Both the position numbers and the translations under genes were made by a program. A stretch of 64,000 nt of DNA from Acidobacteriota bacterium (lineage in GTDB: Bacteria > Acidobacteriota > UBA890 > WLXD01): NCBI GenBank assembly GCA_965205505.1, contig CBDBHB010000009.1, positions 2,880,001 to 2,944,000 of the forward strand. The letters are read 5' to 3'. Shown one piece after another: positions 19,588 through 32,532 of this stretch. Every line of letters begins with the position of its first letter. The first letter of the stretch is position 1. The notes beneath the pieces are model-generated. The model did no database searches. It was given only the letters and a program-made list of their open reading frames with translations, and was not told where the DNA came from.

Positions 19588-20742
19588 TCAGTCCGCCGCC
19601 AGGCCCAGCAGCGAGCGCACGTCACCCGCGAGTGCCGTCGACTCCCAAGGAAACTCATCGCGACCGAAGTGGCCGTAGGCTGCTGTCGCAAGATAGACGG
19701 GGCGGCGCAGGTCGAGGTGTTCGATCATGCCCTTCGGGGTCAACGGGAAGATCGCTCGAATGGCTTCGATGATGCGTGCCTCAGGCACCCGCGCGGTGTT
19801 GCGTGTCTGGACCATGATCGAGATCGGGTCGGCCACGCCGATCGCATATGCGAGCTGTAGCTCGATGCGCTCCGCCGCTCCCGCTGCTACCAGATTCTTG
19901 GCGATATAGCGCGCCATGTATGAGGCGGTGCGGTCGACCTTCGTGCAGTCTTTGCCCGAGAACGCCCCGCCCCCGTGGCTGCCGACGCCGCCATAGGTGT
20001 CGACGATGATCTTGCGTCCGGTAAGGCCGCAGTCACCCTGCGGGCCGCCGGTCACGAACCGGCCGGTCGGATTGATGTGATAGACGGTCTTGTCGTCGCG
20101 CCACTCATCCGAAACTACCGGGTAGATCACCTTCTCCAGGATGTCGTCGCGTATGACGCTCGTTTTCACGTCTGCGGCGTGTTGCGTCGAGATCACCACG
20201 GTGTCAACGCGCGCTGGACGGCCGTCCACATATTCGACGGTAACCTGAGACTTGCCGTCGGGCCGTAGGTAGTCCAAGACTCCGTCCTTGCGAACTTCGG
20301 CAAGCCGGCGGCATAGCTTGTGTGCCAACGTGATTGGCATCGGCATGAGCTCGGCGGTCTCGGTGGAGGCATAGCCGAACATCAGACCCTGATCACCCGC
20401 TCCGCCAGGGTCGACGCCCATCGCGATGTCAGGTGACTGTTCATCGATGCACGTAATGACCCCGCAGGTCGCGTAGTCGAAACCGTACTCTGCGTTCGTG
20501 TAGCCGATGTCGCGGATCGTCTGGCGCACGATGCGCGGGATCTCGATGTACGAGCTGGTCGTGATCTCGCCGGCGACAATCGCCAGTCCGGTGGTCACCA
20601 TCGTTTCGCAGGCGACTCGCCCTGTGGGATCGTTGCCCATGATCTCGTCGAGAACAGCGTCGGAGATCTGGTCGGCGATCTTGTCCGGATGACCCTCGGT
20701 CACCGACTCCGAGGTAAGGAGATAGTGTCGTTTTGCTTCCAT
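19588..20742 (-). CDS. metK: S-adenosylmethionine synthetase
   Basis: '[11 protein letters not shown]', 'GAGDQG', 'GGGAFSGKD'. Confidence 0.99.
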   Translation of the reverse strand: MEAKRHYLLTSESVTEGHPDKIADQISDAVLDEIMGNDPTGRVACETMVTTGLAIVAGEITTSSYIEIPRIVRQTIRDIGYTNAEYGFDYATCGVITCIDEQSPDIAMGVDPGGAGDQGLMFGYASTETAELMPMPITLAHKLCRRLAEVRKDGVLDYLRPDGKSQVTVEYVDGRPARVDTVVISTQHAADVKTSVIRDDILEKVIYPVVSDEWRDDKTVYHINPTGRFVTGGPQGDCGLTGRKIIVDTYGGVGSHGGGAFSGKDCTKVDRTASYMARYIAKNLVAAGAAERIELQLAYAIGVADPISIMVQTRNTARVPEARIIEAIRAIFPLTPKGMIEHLDLRRPVYLATAAYGHFGRDEFPWESTALAGDVRSLLGLAAD

Positions 20743-20902
20743 TGGATCCCTCTAATCGTTGCCGCAGAGCCGGCGTCGAGAGCGGTTCGCGTGTGCGCGG
20801 GGCGCGGCGTCGAAAGCGGAATCGGAATCGGCCGCGCTGAACATACCGCGCGAGGGCGAGTCGCCAGCCGTCAAGAAGAGTTGCAGAAACCGACGCACGC
20901 TA

Positions 20903-22204
20903 TCATGGGCCTCTCAGACGGTCAATTTCAGCACGCTGTTGTGAGTGGGCCTCGATGAGGCGCCGCGCCAGGCGCTCCTCGCCCGACCTGTCAAGAACCT
21001 CCTCGTTGATGCGCGCCACGCGCAGGGCGCGCAAGATCTCCCCAACCGCGGGCCCTTCCGGACAGCCCATGTCCTGCAACCCTGTCCCGTCGAGCGTCGC
21101 GGTCACGTCGCGATCATGGTCCAGATACCGGCGGATGGCGCCGCCGAGTTCACCGTCGACCCCCGCGCTGGTTGCGATCACAACGCGAAGGCTCTCTGGA
21201 GCGAGTTGGTCGAGTACGGTGGCGCGCTCGCCAGGACTATGGAACTTCGCCAGCGCCGCGCGGGCTCGTACCCAGGCCGCCCCGGAATCCATCAGAGCCT
21301 GCCTCCCCGACCGTGACAACCTCAATCGGCGTACCAGGTCGCATCTTTGCTGCGGCTTCAGCTCGGTCGCCGTAGCCGCCAGCACCAGCGACCAGGGCTC
21401 TGCCTGGCCTTCTGCAGGCGCCCGCTCCAGTTCGGCCGACAACGCTTCGAGCGCGTCACGACGGGCCTCCAGGTCCGGCTGGATGGGCTCCAGGAGGCCG
21501 GCTTCTGCCAGCGCCAGTGGACCCTCTACCGGTGCCTCGGTGTAGAGTTTGCGCAGCTCGCGGCGCAAACGGTCACCTGAGATCGAGTCGAGGTAGCCGC
21601 CGCGAACGCCCTCGGCGAGTGCCCTCGCCGTGTCGACCTCTAGCTGGTAGTGAAGTCGGAGCCGGAACCGGATGGCTCGCAGCATCCGCGTCGCATCATC
21701 GGCGAACGAACCGGCGTGCAGGATGCGCACGAGGCCGGCGTCGAGATCGGCGCCGCCTCCGAACTCGTCAATCAGCTCACCTGCCGCATCGGGGTCGAGC
21801 GACAATGCCATCGCATTGATCGAGAAATCGCGGCGCGCGAGATCCTCATGCAGCGTGCCCCCCTGTACTTGGGGTAGCTCCCCGGGGCTCGTGTAGCACT
21901 CGCGCCTGGCACTGGCGAAATCGACCGCGCGCCCGTCGTCAAGGTCGACGCGCGCGGTTCCGAAGCTGTGGTACCGGGTCAACTTTCCGCCGTCATGCCG
22001 CGATAGCGTCTGCGCGACGGCCATGCCGTCGCCAACGACCACAATGTCGATGTCCATTGAATCGCGGCCAAGCAGCAGGTCCCGAACGCGTCCACCCACC
22101 AGATAGGCTCGCTCGCCGCGCTCCGAAGCGAGATGACCACAAAGACTCAGCAGCTCACGCGTGGGCGCGTCGAGGCGCTCGAGCAAGCTGCCCGTGACGG
22201 TCAT
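20903..22204 (-). CDS. cca: CCA-adding tRNA nucleotidyltransferase / poly(A) polymerase family
   Basis: 'LVGGRVRD', DIDI, 'EDLARRDFSINAMA', 'DDATRMLRAIRF'. Confidence 0.88.
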   Translation of the reverse strand: MTVTGSLLERLDAPTRELLSLCGHLASERGERAYLVGGRVRDLLLGRDSMDIDIVVVGDGMAVAQTLSRHDGGKLTRYHSFGTARVDLDDGRAVDFASARRECYTSPGELPQVQGGTLHEDLARRDFSINAMALSLDPDAAGELIDEFGGGADLDAGLVRILHAGSFADDATRMLRAIRFRLRLHYQLEVDTARALAEGVRGGYLDSISGDRLRRELRKLYTEAPVEGPLALAEAGLLEPIQPDLEARRDALEALSAELERAPAEGQAEPWSLVLAATATELKPQQRCDLVRRLRLSRSGRQALMDSGAAWVRARAALAKFHSPGERATVLDQLAPESLRVVIATSAGVDGELGGAIRRYLDHDRDVTATLDGTGLQDMGCPEGPAVGEILRALRVARINEEVLDRSGEERLARRLIEAHSQQRAEIDRLRGP

Positions 22205-23112
22205 CGCGCGCGCGGATGATGGCGGTCGTACACGCTCCGCAGCCGGCGTCGATTCACGTGCGTATAGACCTCGGTAGTGGAGATCCGCGCATGCCCGAGC
22301 ATTGCCTGCACCGCCCTCAGGTCGGCGTCTGCCTCGAGCAGGTGGGTGGCGAAGCTGTGACGCAGGACGTGTGGGCTGACCCGCTGCGAGGCGATCCCGG
22401 CCTGCACGGCATATCGCTTTAGCAGCTTGGCAAACCATTGGCGAGTTAGCGGGCGACCACGGCGGGTAAGGAAAACTGCGCCTTCGGCGGCAGTCTTTGC
22501 CGATCGCTCCCGGCCTCCTTCCAGGTAGCGATCAAGCCAGTGCGCGGCTTCGTCGCCGATGGGAACCAGGCGCTCCTTTCCGCCCTTTCCACGGCACCGC
22601 ACGATTCCCTCTTCCAGATCCAGGTCAACGATGCGCAAGCCCACGAGCTCCGACACTCGCAAGCCACAGCCGTACGCGACCTCGAGCATGGCGCGATCAC
22701 GTAGACCGTCGGGGATCTCCGTGTCTGGCTGCGCCATCAGCTGCTCGATTTGTTCCGGTTCGAGCGTACGCGGCAACGATCGTCGGCGCTCGCGTGCTCG
22801 TAGCAACTCGCTGGGGTCGCTGTCGATGCGCCCCGCCTCGACCAAGTGACGATAGAGGCCACGCAACGCCGACAGCTTGCGCGCCCGTGAGCGGGCGCTG
22901 ATGCCGCTGGTCTCCAGACTTCTGAGCCAATCGCGCAACGATCGCACGTCGACGCCGAGGGCACTGAGCTGTCGACTCCTGCACCACTTTTCGAATTGGG
23001 CCAGGTCCGAAGCGTACGCTTCGACGGTGCGCGCCGAACGGCCGCGCTCGACCCGAAGACGCTCCAGGTAGTCAAGCTCCCAGCCACCTAGCCCCGATCC
23101 GACGTCAGGCAT
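22201..23112 (-). CDS. xerD: Tyrosine recombinase XerD; start approximate
   Basis: 'GLRVSELV', 'GKGGKER', 'SPHVLRHSFATHLL', 'LGHARISTTEVYTH'. Confidence 0.9.
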   Translation of the reverse strand: MPDVGSGLGGWELDYLERLRVERGRSARTVEAYASDLAQFEKWCRSRQLSALGVDVRSLRDWLRSLETSGISARSRARKLSALRGLYRHLVEAGRIDSDPSELLRARERRRSLPRTLEPEQIEQLMAQPDTEIPDGLRDRAMLEVAYGCGLRVSELVGLRIVDLDLEEGIVRCRGKGGKERLVPIGDEAAHWLDRYLEGGRERSAKTAAEGAVFLTRRGRPLTRQWFAKLLKRYAVQAGIASQRVSPHVLRHSFATHLLEADADLRAVQAMLGHARISTTEVYTHVNRRRLRSVYDRHHPRAR

Positions 23113-23590
23113 TGTCGCGATCCGCCAGCCGCTCGCTGGCGCGCCGTTGCTGATGCGAATCAAGCAGGAGGGTTACCGGTCCGTCGTTTACCGAGTGGAC
23201 CTGCATCTGGGCGCCGAAGATCCCGGTTTGAACCTCAAGCCGGTCTTTTCGTAGGCGCTCGGCCAACTTGATGATAAGCGCCTCTGCCGTGTCTGGCGGC
23301 AGTGCTCGGCTGAACGATGGACGGCGGCCCTTGCGCGTGTCGGCAGCGAGGGTGAACTGTGAGACCAGGAGCACCGAGCCATCGACGTCGTGCAGCGAGA
23401 GGTTCATGCGTCCTTGTGCGTCGGGAAACACGCGCAGGGTAGCGAGACGCCGCGCCAGATACTCAACATCTCGTTCGCTGTCGCCGCGAACCGCGCCCAC
23501 GAGCACCAAGAGCCCGGGACCGATGCGGCCGACCTCTTGCGCCTCGGCAATCACGTGTGCGGAGCGTACACGCTGCACGACGGAGATCAC
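23105..23590 (-). CDS. dtd: D-aminoacyl-tRNA deacylase
   Basis: 'VSQFTL', 'KGRRPSF', 'NDGPVT'. Confidence 0.97.
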   Translation of the reverse strand: MISVVQRVRSAHVIAEAQEVGRIGPGLLVLVGAVRGDSERDVEYLARRLATLRVFPDAQGRMNLSLHDVDGSVLLVSQFTLAADTRKGRRPSFSRALPPDTAEALIIKLAERLRKDRLEVQTGIFGAQMQVHSVNDGPVTLLLDSHQQRRASERLADRDNA

Positions 23591-23620
23591 GAGTCGCTAG
23601 CGCCCAGGCCGAAACATGAG

Positions 23621-25279
23621 TTACTCCCCCCCGGAAGCCTCTCCTCGATTGTTGAGGGTATCAGGTACGCCGCCCCGAGTGACCGATCGAAGCTCCCGGA
23701 CCTCCGGTGCGCGGATGGCCGCCAGTGCGGCCAGGTACGTGAGGATACCGATGGCGATCACTGCCAGCAGCTTGCCGAGATCGAAGATGCCGCTGCCTGC
23801 GCCGTTGTGCCAGGCGACGTGTCGGAGCGCGTCCACAACCCAGCCCATGACCGCAGTGGCGGCCGCGATGCGCGCCAGGCTTGCTGCGAGACTCCACAGG
23901 CGCAACGCGCCGGCGCGGCGTCGAAACAGGATCAGAAGCAGCGCCGCGTTCACGGTTGCAGCGATCGAATTGGCGAGAGCGATTCCGGCGTTGCCGAGCG
24001 CAGAGCGCAATGCGAGGCAAGCGCCGATGTTCACCAGCATGGCGACGGCGGCCACCCGAACGGGCGTCGCGGTGTCGCGCAGCGCGAAGAACGCCGGGGC
24101 CACGACGCGCACGATGGCTACACCCACCAGACCGATGGCGTACCCCCACAGAGCCGCGGCGGTAAGCCGGGTCGAATCTACATCGAATTGGCCGCGCTGG
24201 TAGAGCACCTCTACGATCTCGTGGCGCAGCAGAATCATGCCCACCGCCGCCGGTATTGTCACGAGGCTGATTTGCCGCAGCGCGAACAACAGCGTGTCGC
24301 GAAGTGCCGCGAGGTCCTTAGTTGCTCCCTGGCGCGACATGAGGGGCAGCACCACCGTCGCTACCGAGATGGCGAAGACACCCAACGTCAGCTCGTTGAT
24401 GCGCGCCGCGTAGTCGAGCGACGCCACGGCTCCTTCACCGAGCTGACTCGCCAGCGTGCGCCCTACGATGATGTTGATCTGGATGATTCCGACGCCGAAC
24501 AGGCCCGGCACCATCAGGCGGCCGATCTCGCGTAGTGCAGGATCCCCCGTCGGGCGACGTGGCCGAATGCGCATACCCAGCCGGCGGGCGTAGGGAACCA
24601 GAAACACATACTGGGCTGCTCCACCCAGCACCGCAGCGCCGGCCACAACCCAGACCGCGCGGACAGGGTCGGTGATGCCGGCCCACCAGGCAGTCAGCCC
24701 CGCACCCACGATGCTGATGTTGAGGAGTACAGGAACGAACGCAGCCGCCGCGAAGCGGTCGCGAGAGTTGAGCACCGCCACCAGGACGGCAGCCATCGAG
24801 ATGAACACGAGATACGTGAATACGAATTGAGTCAGCTGGACGGTGAGCTCGATCTTGCCCGGGACGGCCGCGAAGCCCGACGCCAGCCAGCGCACCAGGA
24901 AAGGCGCGGCCAGGGCGCCGGCGAGGGCGAGGACGACCGCCGCGATGGCGACTGCAGTGTGAAACCGCTGCGCCAGCTCCCAGGTCCTGGTCTCGTCGCG
25001 CTGACGCCCCAGGCGGGTGAATATGGGCACGAACGCAGCCGAGATGTTCCCTTCGCCCACGAGGCGTCGTAGCGAATTGGGCAGCATGAAGGCGATTGCC
25101 CAAGCATCGGCGGCGCTTCCCGTTCCGAGCAATGCGGTGATTACCGCCATGCGCAGCAGACCGAATACTCGCGACAGCAACGTCAGGCCGCCGACAGCTC
25201 CTGCGGACCGCAAGAGACGGTTGGTTTCCAAGGCGCCAGAGGGTGTTTGACCGTCGGCGTCCGGCGGCCTAACCTTCAT
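23621..25279 (-). CDS. murJ: Lipid II flippase MurJ (MviN)
   Basis: 'SRVFGLLR', 'PNSLRRLVGEG...AFVP', multiple TM helices. Confidence 0.95.
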   Translation of the reverse strand: MKVRPPDADGQTPSGALETNRLLRSAGAVGGLTLLSRVFGLLRMAVITALLGTGSAADAWAIAFMLPNSLRRLVGEGNISAAFVPIFTRLGRQRDETRTWELAQRFHTAVAIAAVVLALAGALAAPFLVRWLASGFAAVPGKIELTVQLTQFVFTYLVFISMAAVLVAVLNSRDRFAAAAFVPVLLNISIVGAGLTAWWAGITDPVRAVWVVAGAAVLGGAAQYVFLVPYARRLGMRIRPRRPTGDPALREIGRLMVPGLFGVGIIQINIIVGRTLASQLGEGAVASLDYAARINELTLGVFAISVATVVLPLMSRQGATKDLAALRDTLLFALRQISLVTIPAAVGMILLRHEIVEVLYQRGQFDVDSTRLTAAALWGYAIGLVGVAIVRVVAPAFFALRDTATPVRVAAVAMLVNIGACLALRSALGNAGIALANSIAATVNAALLLILFRRRAGALRLWSLAASLARIAAATAVMGWVVDALRHVAWHNGAGSGIFDLGKLLAVIAIGILTYLAALAAIRAPEVRELRSVTRGGVPDTLNNRGEASGGE

Positions 25280-25313
25280 GTCTCACGCGGCCGATCAAGG
25301 AGTTTTTCTGAAT

Positions 25314-25580
25314 ATGCCGAACAACGCATCTGCCAAGAAGCGCATGCGCCAAAACGAGGTCCGGAGGGGTCGCAACCGGGCACGTCGGTCACGCCTGCGC
25401 TCCGCGCTTCGCCTGCTCGACGAGGCCATCGAAGCGGGCGACCTCGAGCGCGTACGCGAACGCTGGACCGAGACCCAAACGCTGCTCGATCGAACCGCCC
25501 AACGCGGGGTCATTCATCGCAACCTCGCAGCGCGAAAAAAGTCGCGCCTGGCCCGAAGAATTCGGGCGATCGGTACATAG
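25314..25580 (+). CDS. rpsT: 30S ribosomal protein S20
   Basis: 'SAKKRMRQ', 'GVIHRNLAARKKSRL'; AAGGAG SD. Confidence 0.96.
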   Translation: MPNNASAKKRMRQNEVRRGRNRARRSRLRSALRLLDEAIEAGDLERVRERWTETQTLLDRTAQRGVIHRNLAARKKSRLARRIRAIGT

Positions 25581-25607
25581 GGCGATAGCGATAACTGGCG
25601 TCGGCGC

Positions 25608-25626
25608 CTTCACCACGGCCTGCTAG
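25608..25626. repeat. Isolated family B terminus overlapping the holA stop codon
   Basis: CACCACGGCCTGCTAG is identical to the right end of 37155-37433. Confidence 0.6.
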
Positions 25627-26678
25627 GCGGCACAGATCTGACGGCAAAGCGCCTCCAGCTTCCCCCGGGCTGGCCTCAGCCTGTCCGCTCCGTGGCGTAC
25701 ATCACGTAACCGCTTGATGAACAGATCGGTGTCCGCGCAGGCGCCGATCGCGTCCGTGAGGGGCCCGCGCGCCGCGCGCCGGGCCCGGTCCAATACGGCG
25801 CCTCGTTGCTGCCAGCGACCGCCGATGGCTTCCATGCTTTGGCGCCTCGAAACGCCGGTGGCGGCGACGTCGTGCGCGATCACCAGCTGTCGTGTGATCC
25901 AGGCAATCATTGCCAGCACCCTCGACGGCTCCTCACCATCATCCAACAGCACGTTGAGTAGTCGCAGGGCCCCTTCAGGATCGGCTCGTACCAGGGCGTC
26001 GGTCAGCTCGAACACCGAGTACCCCCGGCTGCGCCCCAACAGCCCCTCGAGATCGTTGGCGTGGATCTGGCCACCATCACCGACATACAACATCGCCTTT
26101 TCGAGCTCCTGCTCGAGCGCCGTGATGCTCGTTCCGGCCATCGCGATCATGTACTCGAGCGCATCGGCAGCAATCTCGTGCCCACGCGCGCGTGCGCTCC
26201 CTTCGAGCCAGCGGCGTACGTCCGACTCTCGGCGCGGCGGCTCACAGTCGACCACAGTAGCCGCTGCCGCCACGGTCTTGTATGCGAGCTTGCGCTTGTC
26301 GAGCTTCGAGGCCTCCAACACGAGGCAAGTCGTGTCGACCGGATGGCTCAGGTAGGCGGAAAGCTCGTCGATCTGCGCGAGATCCATGTGTTCGAAACGT
26401 GACACCCAGACGAGACGAGCGGGGCCGTCCGCCGCCATCGCGAACAACGACAGTGAACGTGCCGCGTCGATCATGTCGGCGAGCGAAACGCTCGCCCCAT
26501 CGATCCGGTCTATGGTGCCGGGACCGTCACCGCGCTGCTCGAACGCATCGACGAAAGCCTCAGCCACGTGGCGACGAAGCGCGTCTTCCTGCCCCAGCAC
26601 AAGGTACACGGGCGCGATGCGATCCTCGCTCAGGGAACGGCGGACCTCCGGGATCGTCGTTGGCTTCCTGCTGGCCAC
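25623..26678 (-). CDS. holA: DNA polymerase III delta subunit
   Basis: 'PVYLVLG', 'QELEKAMLY', 'VFELTDA'; conserved leuS-lptE-holA order. Confidence 0.9.
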   Translation of the reverse strand: MASRKPTTIPEVRRSLSEDRIAPVYLVLGQEDALRRHVAEAFVDAFEQRGDGPGTIDRIDGASVSLADMIDAARSLSLFAMAADGPARLVWVSRFEHMDLAQIDELSAYLSHPVDTTCLVLEASKLDKRKLAYKTVAAAATVVDCEPPRRESDVRRWLEGSARARGHEIAADALEYMIAMAGTSITALEQELEKAMLYVGDGGQIHANDLEGLLGRSRGYSVFELTDALVRADPEGALRLLNVLLDDGEEPSRVLAMIAWITRQLVIAHDVAATGVSRRQSMEAIGGRWQQRGAVLDRARRAARGPLTDAIGACADTDLFIKRLRDVRHGADRLRPARGKLEALCRQICAA

Positions 26679-26693
26679 GCCGGCGATTCGCCC

Positions 26694-27242
26694 TCAGAAG
26701 CCCTCGAGAATGCTCGACACCACCGCGCGGGCGAACTCCACCGAGATCTCGTCGATCGACGACACCTCGATATCGACCTGCCCCTCCGATGACGCCGGGA
26801 ACTCGAACTGCTCCTGGTACTGGAAGGCACTGTTAGTAAACAGCACCTCGTTGGCGACGAGGTCGGTGAAGGTGACTCGTGCTCGAATCGTTACCTGCCA
26901 CGTATCGGCCCGGTCGCGTGGATTGATCCCAATCGGGGTTACGGTGAACGATTGGATCTCGCCCTGCAAGACGCCGTCAGCGCCCGTTTGGCTACCCACT
27001 ATGCGGTAGTTGCCGCGCGAGACGAACTCGCGGGTCACCGCGTCGGTCACGCGTACCTCTAGTTCGAAACGCGGCGTCAAGTTCACGAACGTCGGAATAG
27101 CGACGACACGGATGTAGTCGGGAAGAAACGCACCTGACCCAACCAGGGTGTATCCGCACGACAGGCACGCCCCCAGCGTCACTATGGCTGCCACGCGGGC
27201 GAGCCCGGCCGGTCGTCTGCGGTTGCGTTGCCTACCCTTCAT
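26694..27242 (-). CDS. lptE: LPS assembly lipoprotein LptE
   Basis: Lipobox 'CLSCGY', 'VAIPTFVN'; located between leuS and holA. Confidence 0.85.
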   Translation of the reverse strand: MKGRQRNRRRPAGLARVAAIVTLGACLSCGYTLVGSGAFLPDYIRVVAIPTFVNLTPRFELEVRVTDAVTREFVSRGNYRIVGSQTGADGVLQGEIQSFTVTPIGINPRDRADTWQVTIRARVTFTDLVANEVLFTNSAFQYQEQFEFPASSEGQVDIEVSSIDEISVEFARAVVSSILEGF

Positions 27243-27259
27243 CTCCCAAACCCATGTCC

Positions 27260-30033
<2,774 letters not shown>

Positions 30034-30037
<4 letters not shown>

Positions 30038-30504
30038 GCGCCGGTTGCCTTGCTTCGACCAGGTTGTGGCTCGAGGCCTACGTCGCCGTTGGCTGGCGAC
30101 TGTTGGAGCCGTCGATAGATTCCATCGAGCACGCCGTTGACGAACGTACCCCCCTGCTCGCCGCTGTAGCGCTTCGCCAGCTCGATCGCCTCATCGATCA
30201 CCACCGCCGCAGGGGTTTCGGACTGATCGAGAAGTTCATAGACCCCCAGCCGCAGGATACCGCGATCGACGCACCCCATACGCTCGAGACGCCAGTTCTC
30301 CGCCTGCTGCTCGATCAGTGGGTCAATGCGGGGCACGGCGTCTACCGTGCCTCTTACCAACACCTCGGCAAACTCGCGCACTCGCCGCGGTTCCGGCTGT
30401 GCCCTCCAGAATCGGTCGAGAAGCCCGTCGAGCTCGGCACCAGTGCTCTCCCATTGATAGAGGCACTGCAATGCACGCTCGCGAGCACGATGGCGGTATC
30501 CCAT
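30034..30504 (-). CDS. nusB: Transcription antitermination factor NusB
   Basis: 'RARERALQCLYQ', 'VIDEAIELAKRY', 'FVNGVLD'. Confidence 0.96.
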
Positions 30505-30508
30505 TGAC

Positions 30509-30994
30509 CTATCGCTCGGCGTCGGCGCTGAACAGGACCGCCATCTCGATCGCTGCGACGGCGGCGTCGACCCCCTTGTTTCCGTGCTCGCCACCGGCGC
30601 GCGCCGCGGCCTGTTCAACGGTGTCGCAGGTCAGGACGCCAAACGTGATCGGTAATCCACTTCGGCGTGCGACGTCCTGCAATCCGGAAGCGGTGGAGTG
30701 GGCCAGCACGTCGTAGTGGGTTGTTTCGCCACGGATGAGGGCGCCCAGGCATACGATGGCGTCGAAACGATTCGTCGAAGCCAGGTGCGCCGCGGCGATC
30801 GGCAGCTCGAAGGCACCCGGCACCCAGGCCGTTGTGATGTCGGATCGGGCAGCCCCGTACTCGAGCAAGGCGCTTAGCGCCCCCTGCCGCAGCCGGGCGG
30901 TGAGCGTCTCGTTGAACCGACTGACCACCACCGCGAAGCGCAGACCGCTAGCGGCGTTGCTTCGCAGCCGGCTGTTGGCACGGGCCTGGCTCAT
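30509..30994 (-). CDS. ribH: 6,7-dimethyl-8-ribityllumazine synthase
   Basis: 'VPGAFELP', 'IRGETTHYD', 'NKG..AA'. Confidence 0.97.
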   Translation of the reverse strand: MSQARANSRLRSNAASGLRFAVVVSRFNETLTARLRQGALSALLEYGAARSDITTAWVPGAFELPIAAAHLASTNRFDAIVCLGALIRGETTHYDVLAHSTASGLQDVARRSGLPITFGVLTCDTVEQAAARAGGEHGNKGVDAAVAAIEMAVLFSADAER

Positions 30995-30997
30995 AGC

Positions 30998-32008
30998 TCA
31001 CCTCTGGTAGCGGGCAACAAGCTCGTTGTGCTCTGCAAGCGTTTGCGAGAAGGCATGTGTGCCGTCATTACGCGATACGAAGTACAAGAAATCGACATCG
31101 GCCGGATAAAGCGCGGCGTCGACGCTCGTCCATCGTGGATTCCCGATCGGCCCGACCGGTAACCCAGGGTAGAGATATGTATTGTATGGAGAATCTCGAC
31201 GCAGGTCTGACTGATAGATGGTGCGGCCTTCGCGGCCCGCCAGGTGTCGGGCGTAGATTACGGTCGGGTCCGTTTGCAGCAACATGCCGCGCGCCAGTCG
31301 GTTGTGGAACACTCCCGAGACCACGGGGCGCTCTTGCGCCGTTTGTGTCTCGGCCTCGATCAACGACGCCAGGGTCACCACCGCGCGCACGCTCATCTCC
31401 AGCTCGGCCGCGCGGCGTCGGTAGGCCGGTGTCCAGGCCTCGTGGAATGCCTCGACCATACGGACGACCAGGTCCTCGGCATGGTCGCTCCGCGGCGCCA
31501 GGTAGGTTTCGGGAAACAGGTATCCCTCGAGCGTGTCCGCCATCGGGTCGAGATCTTCAATCAAGTCGATGCGGCCGGTAGCTGCCAACGCCGCCTCGTA
31601 GGAGTCGAAGCCTGCGACGGCGATCGCTTCGGCCACCTGCCAGCGGGTGGATCCCTCGGTGATCGTCACCGCGTAGAGCCGTACTCGACCGGACGTGACG
31701 ACTTCGGCCACCTCGACCACCGAGTGAATCCCGATAAAGCGGTACTCTCCTGCCTGCACGTCGCCGCTTCTTTCGGTCCACCACAACCAGCCAGTCAGTA
31801 GCGCCGCTGACTCTACGACCCCGGCCTCCTCCATCATGTCGGCGATCTGGCGCGCCGCCATTCGGGGACGGACGACCACGTCCACGTGGTCCCCCTCGTA
31901 GCCTTGGAACGGCGCCCGCACTTGGCGCTGTAGGGTCACCACTGCGATCGCGGCCGTTGCGACGGCGAGCAGCGCCGCCGCTGCGGCCAGCAGCGGGAGG
32001 TGCTTCAC
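30998..32008 (-). CDS. mltG: Endolytic transglycosylase MltG (YceG)
   Basis: 'LEGYLFPETY', 'ASLIEAE', 'LQTDPTVIY', 'SPYNTY', 'GLPVGPI.NP'. Confidence 0.96.
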   Translation of the reverse strand: MKHLPLLAAAAALLAVATAAIAVVTLQRQVRAPFQGYEGDHVDVVVRPRMAARQIADMMEEAGVVESAALLTGWLWWTERSGDVQAGEYRFIGIHSVVEVAEVVTSGRVRLYAVTITEGSTRWQVAEAIAVAGFDSYEAALAATGRIDLIEDLDPMADTLEGYLFPETYLAPRSDHAEDLVVRMVEAFHEAWTPAYRRRAAELEMSVRAVVTLASLIEAETQTAQERPVVSGVFHNRLARGMLLQTDPTVIYARHLAGREGRTIYQSDLRRDSPYNTYLYPGLPVGPIGNPRWTSVDAALYPADVDFLYFVSRNDGTHAFSQTLAEHNELVARYQR

Positions 32009-32439
32009 GACGGTGGGCGCACTGGGGGGCCGAGTGAGTCGAGGTAGCTCTGCAAAATAAGCGCTGCTGCAACACGGTCTACCAGTTGCTTACGACGCTT
32101 CGGACGCACGCCTGATTCAACCAAGCGCCGAGTGGCCTCGACCGTCGAAAGCCGCTCGTCCCATAGGATCACTGGCATGCGAAGCAGCTCCTGCAGCTCG
32201 GTGGCGACTGCCTCGACCGCAACGGCCTCGGGTCCGTGTGCCCCGCTGAGCCGCTTCGGCAGTCCGATCACCAGCCGCTGGGCGTCCGTGTCGCGCACGA
32301 GTGGGCGCAGGCGCTCTGCGAACGCGGCGGCTGGCTCGCCGCCTGGCAGCGTATCGAGGGGCCGCGCAAGCATGCCGGTGGGATCAGAGACCGCCACGCC
32401 AATACGGCGTGCGCCCATGTCCAGACACAGGTAAACCAT
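32005..32439 (-). CDS. ruvX: YqgF/RuvX pre-16S rRNA nuclease
   Basis: 'LDMGARRIGVAVSD', 'WDERLST', 'AAALILQSYL'. Confidence 0.95.
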   Translation of the reverse strand: MVYLCLDMGARRIGVAVSDPTGMLARPLDTLPGGEPAAAFAERLRPLVRDTDAQRLVIGLPKRLSGAHGPEAVAVEAVATELQELLRMPVILWDERLSTVEATRRLVESGVRPKRRKQLVDRVAAALILQSYLDSLGPPVRPPS

Positions 32440-32532
32440 CGGGCCAGGGTACCATCGCGCTGCCTTGACATTCGGTCCCGCTTATCGAACCGTCAGTCGC
32501 GTCGTTTCGCCCATCGTGTCGCTCCGAGCATC

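Noticed and set aside
20743-20902. SAM riboswitch upstream of metK
   Set aside because: No SAM-I (AUCAAGAG...GCAACC) or SAM-II consensus was visible
22201-23112. Tyrosine recombinase as a prophage or island integrase
   Set aside because: XerD-type motifs, embedded in a housekeeping operon with no att sites or cargo
32465-32520. SOS box upstream of the lexA-like gene
   Set aside because: Only one GAAC half-site; neither GAAC-N4-GTTC nor GTTC-N7-GTTC is complete
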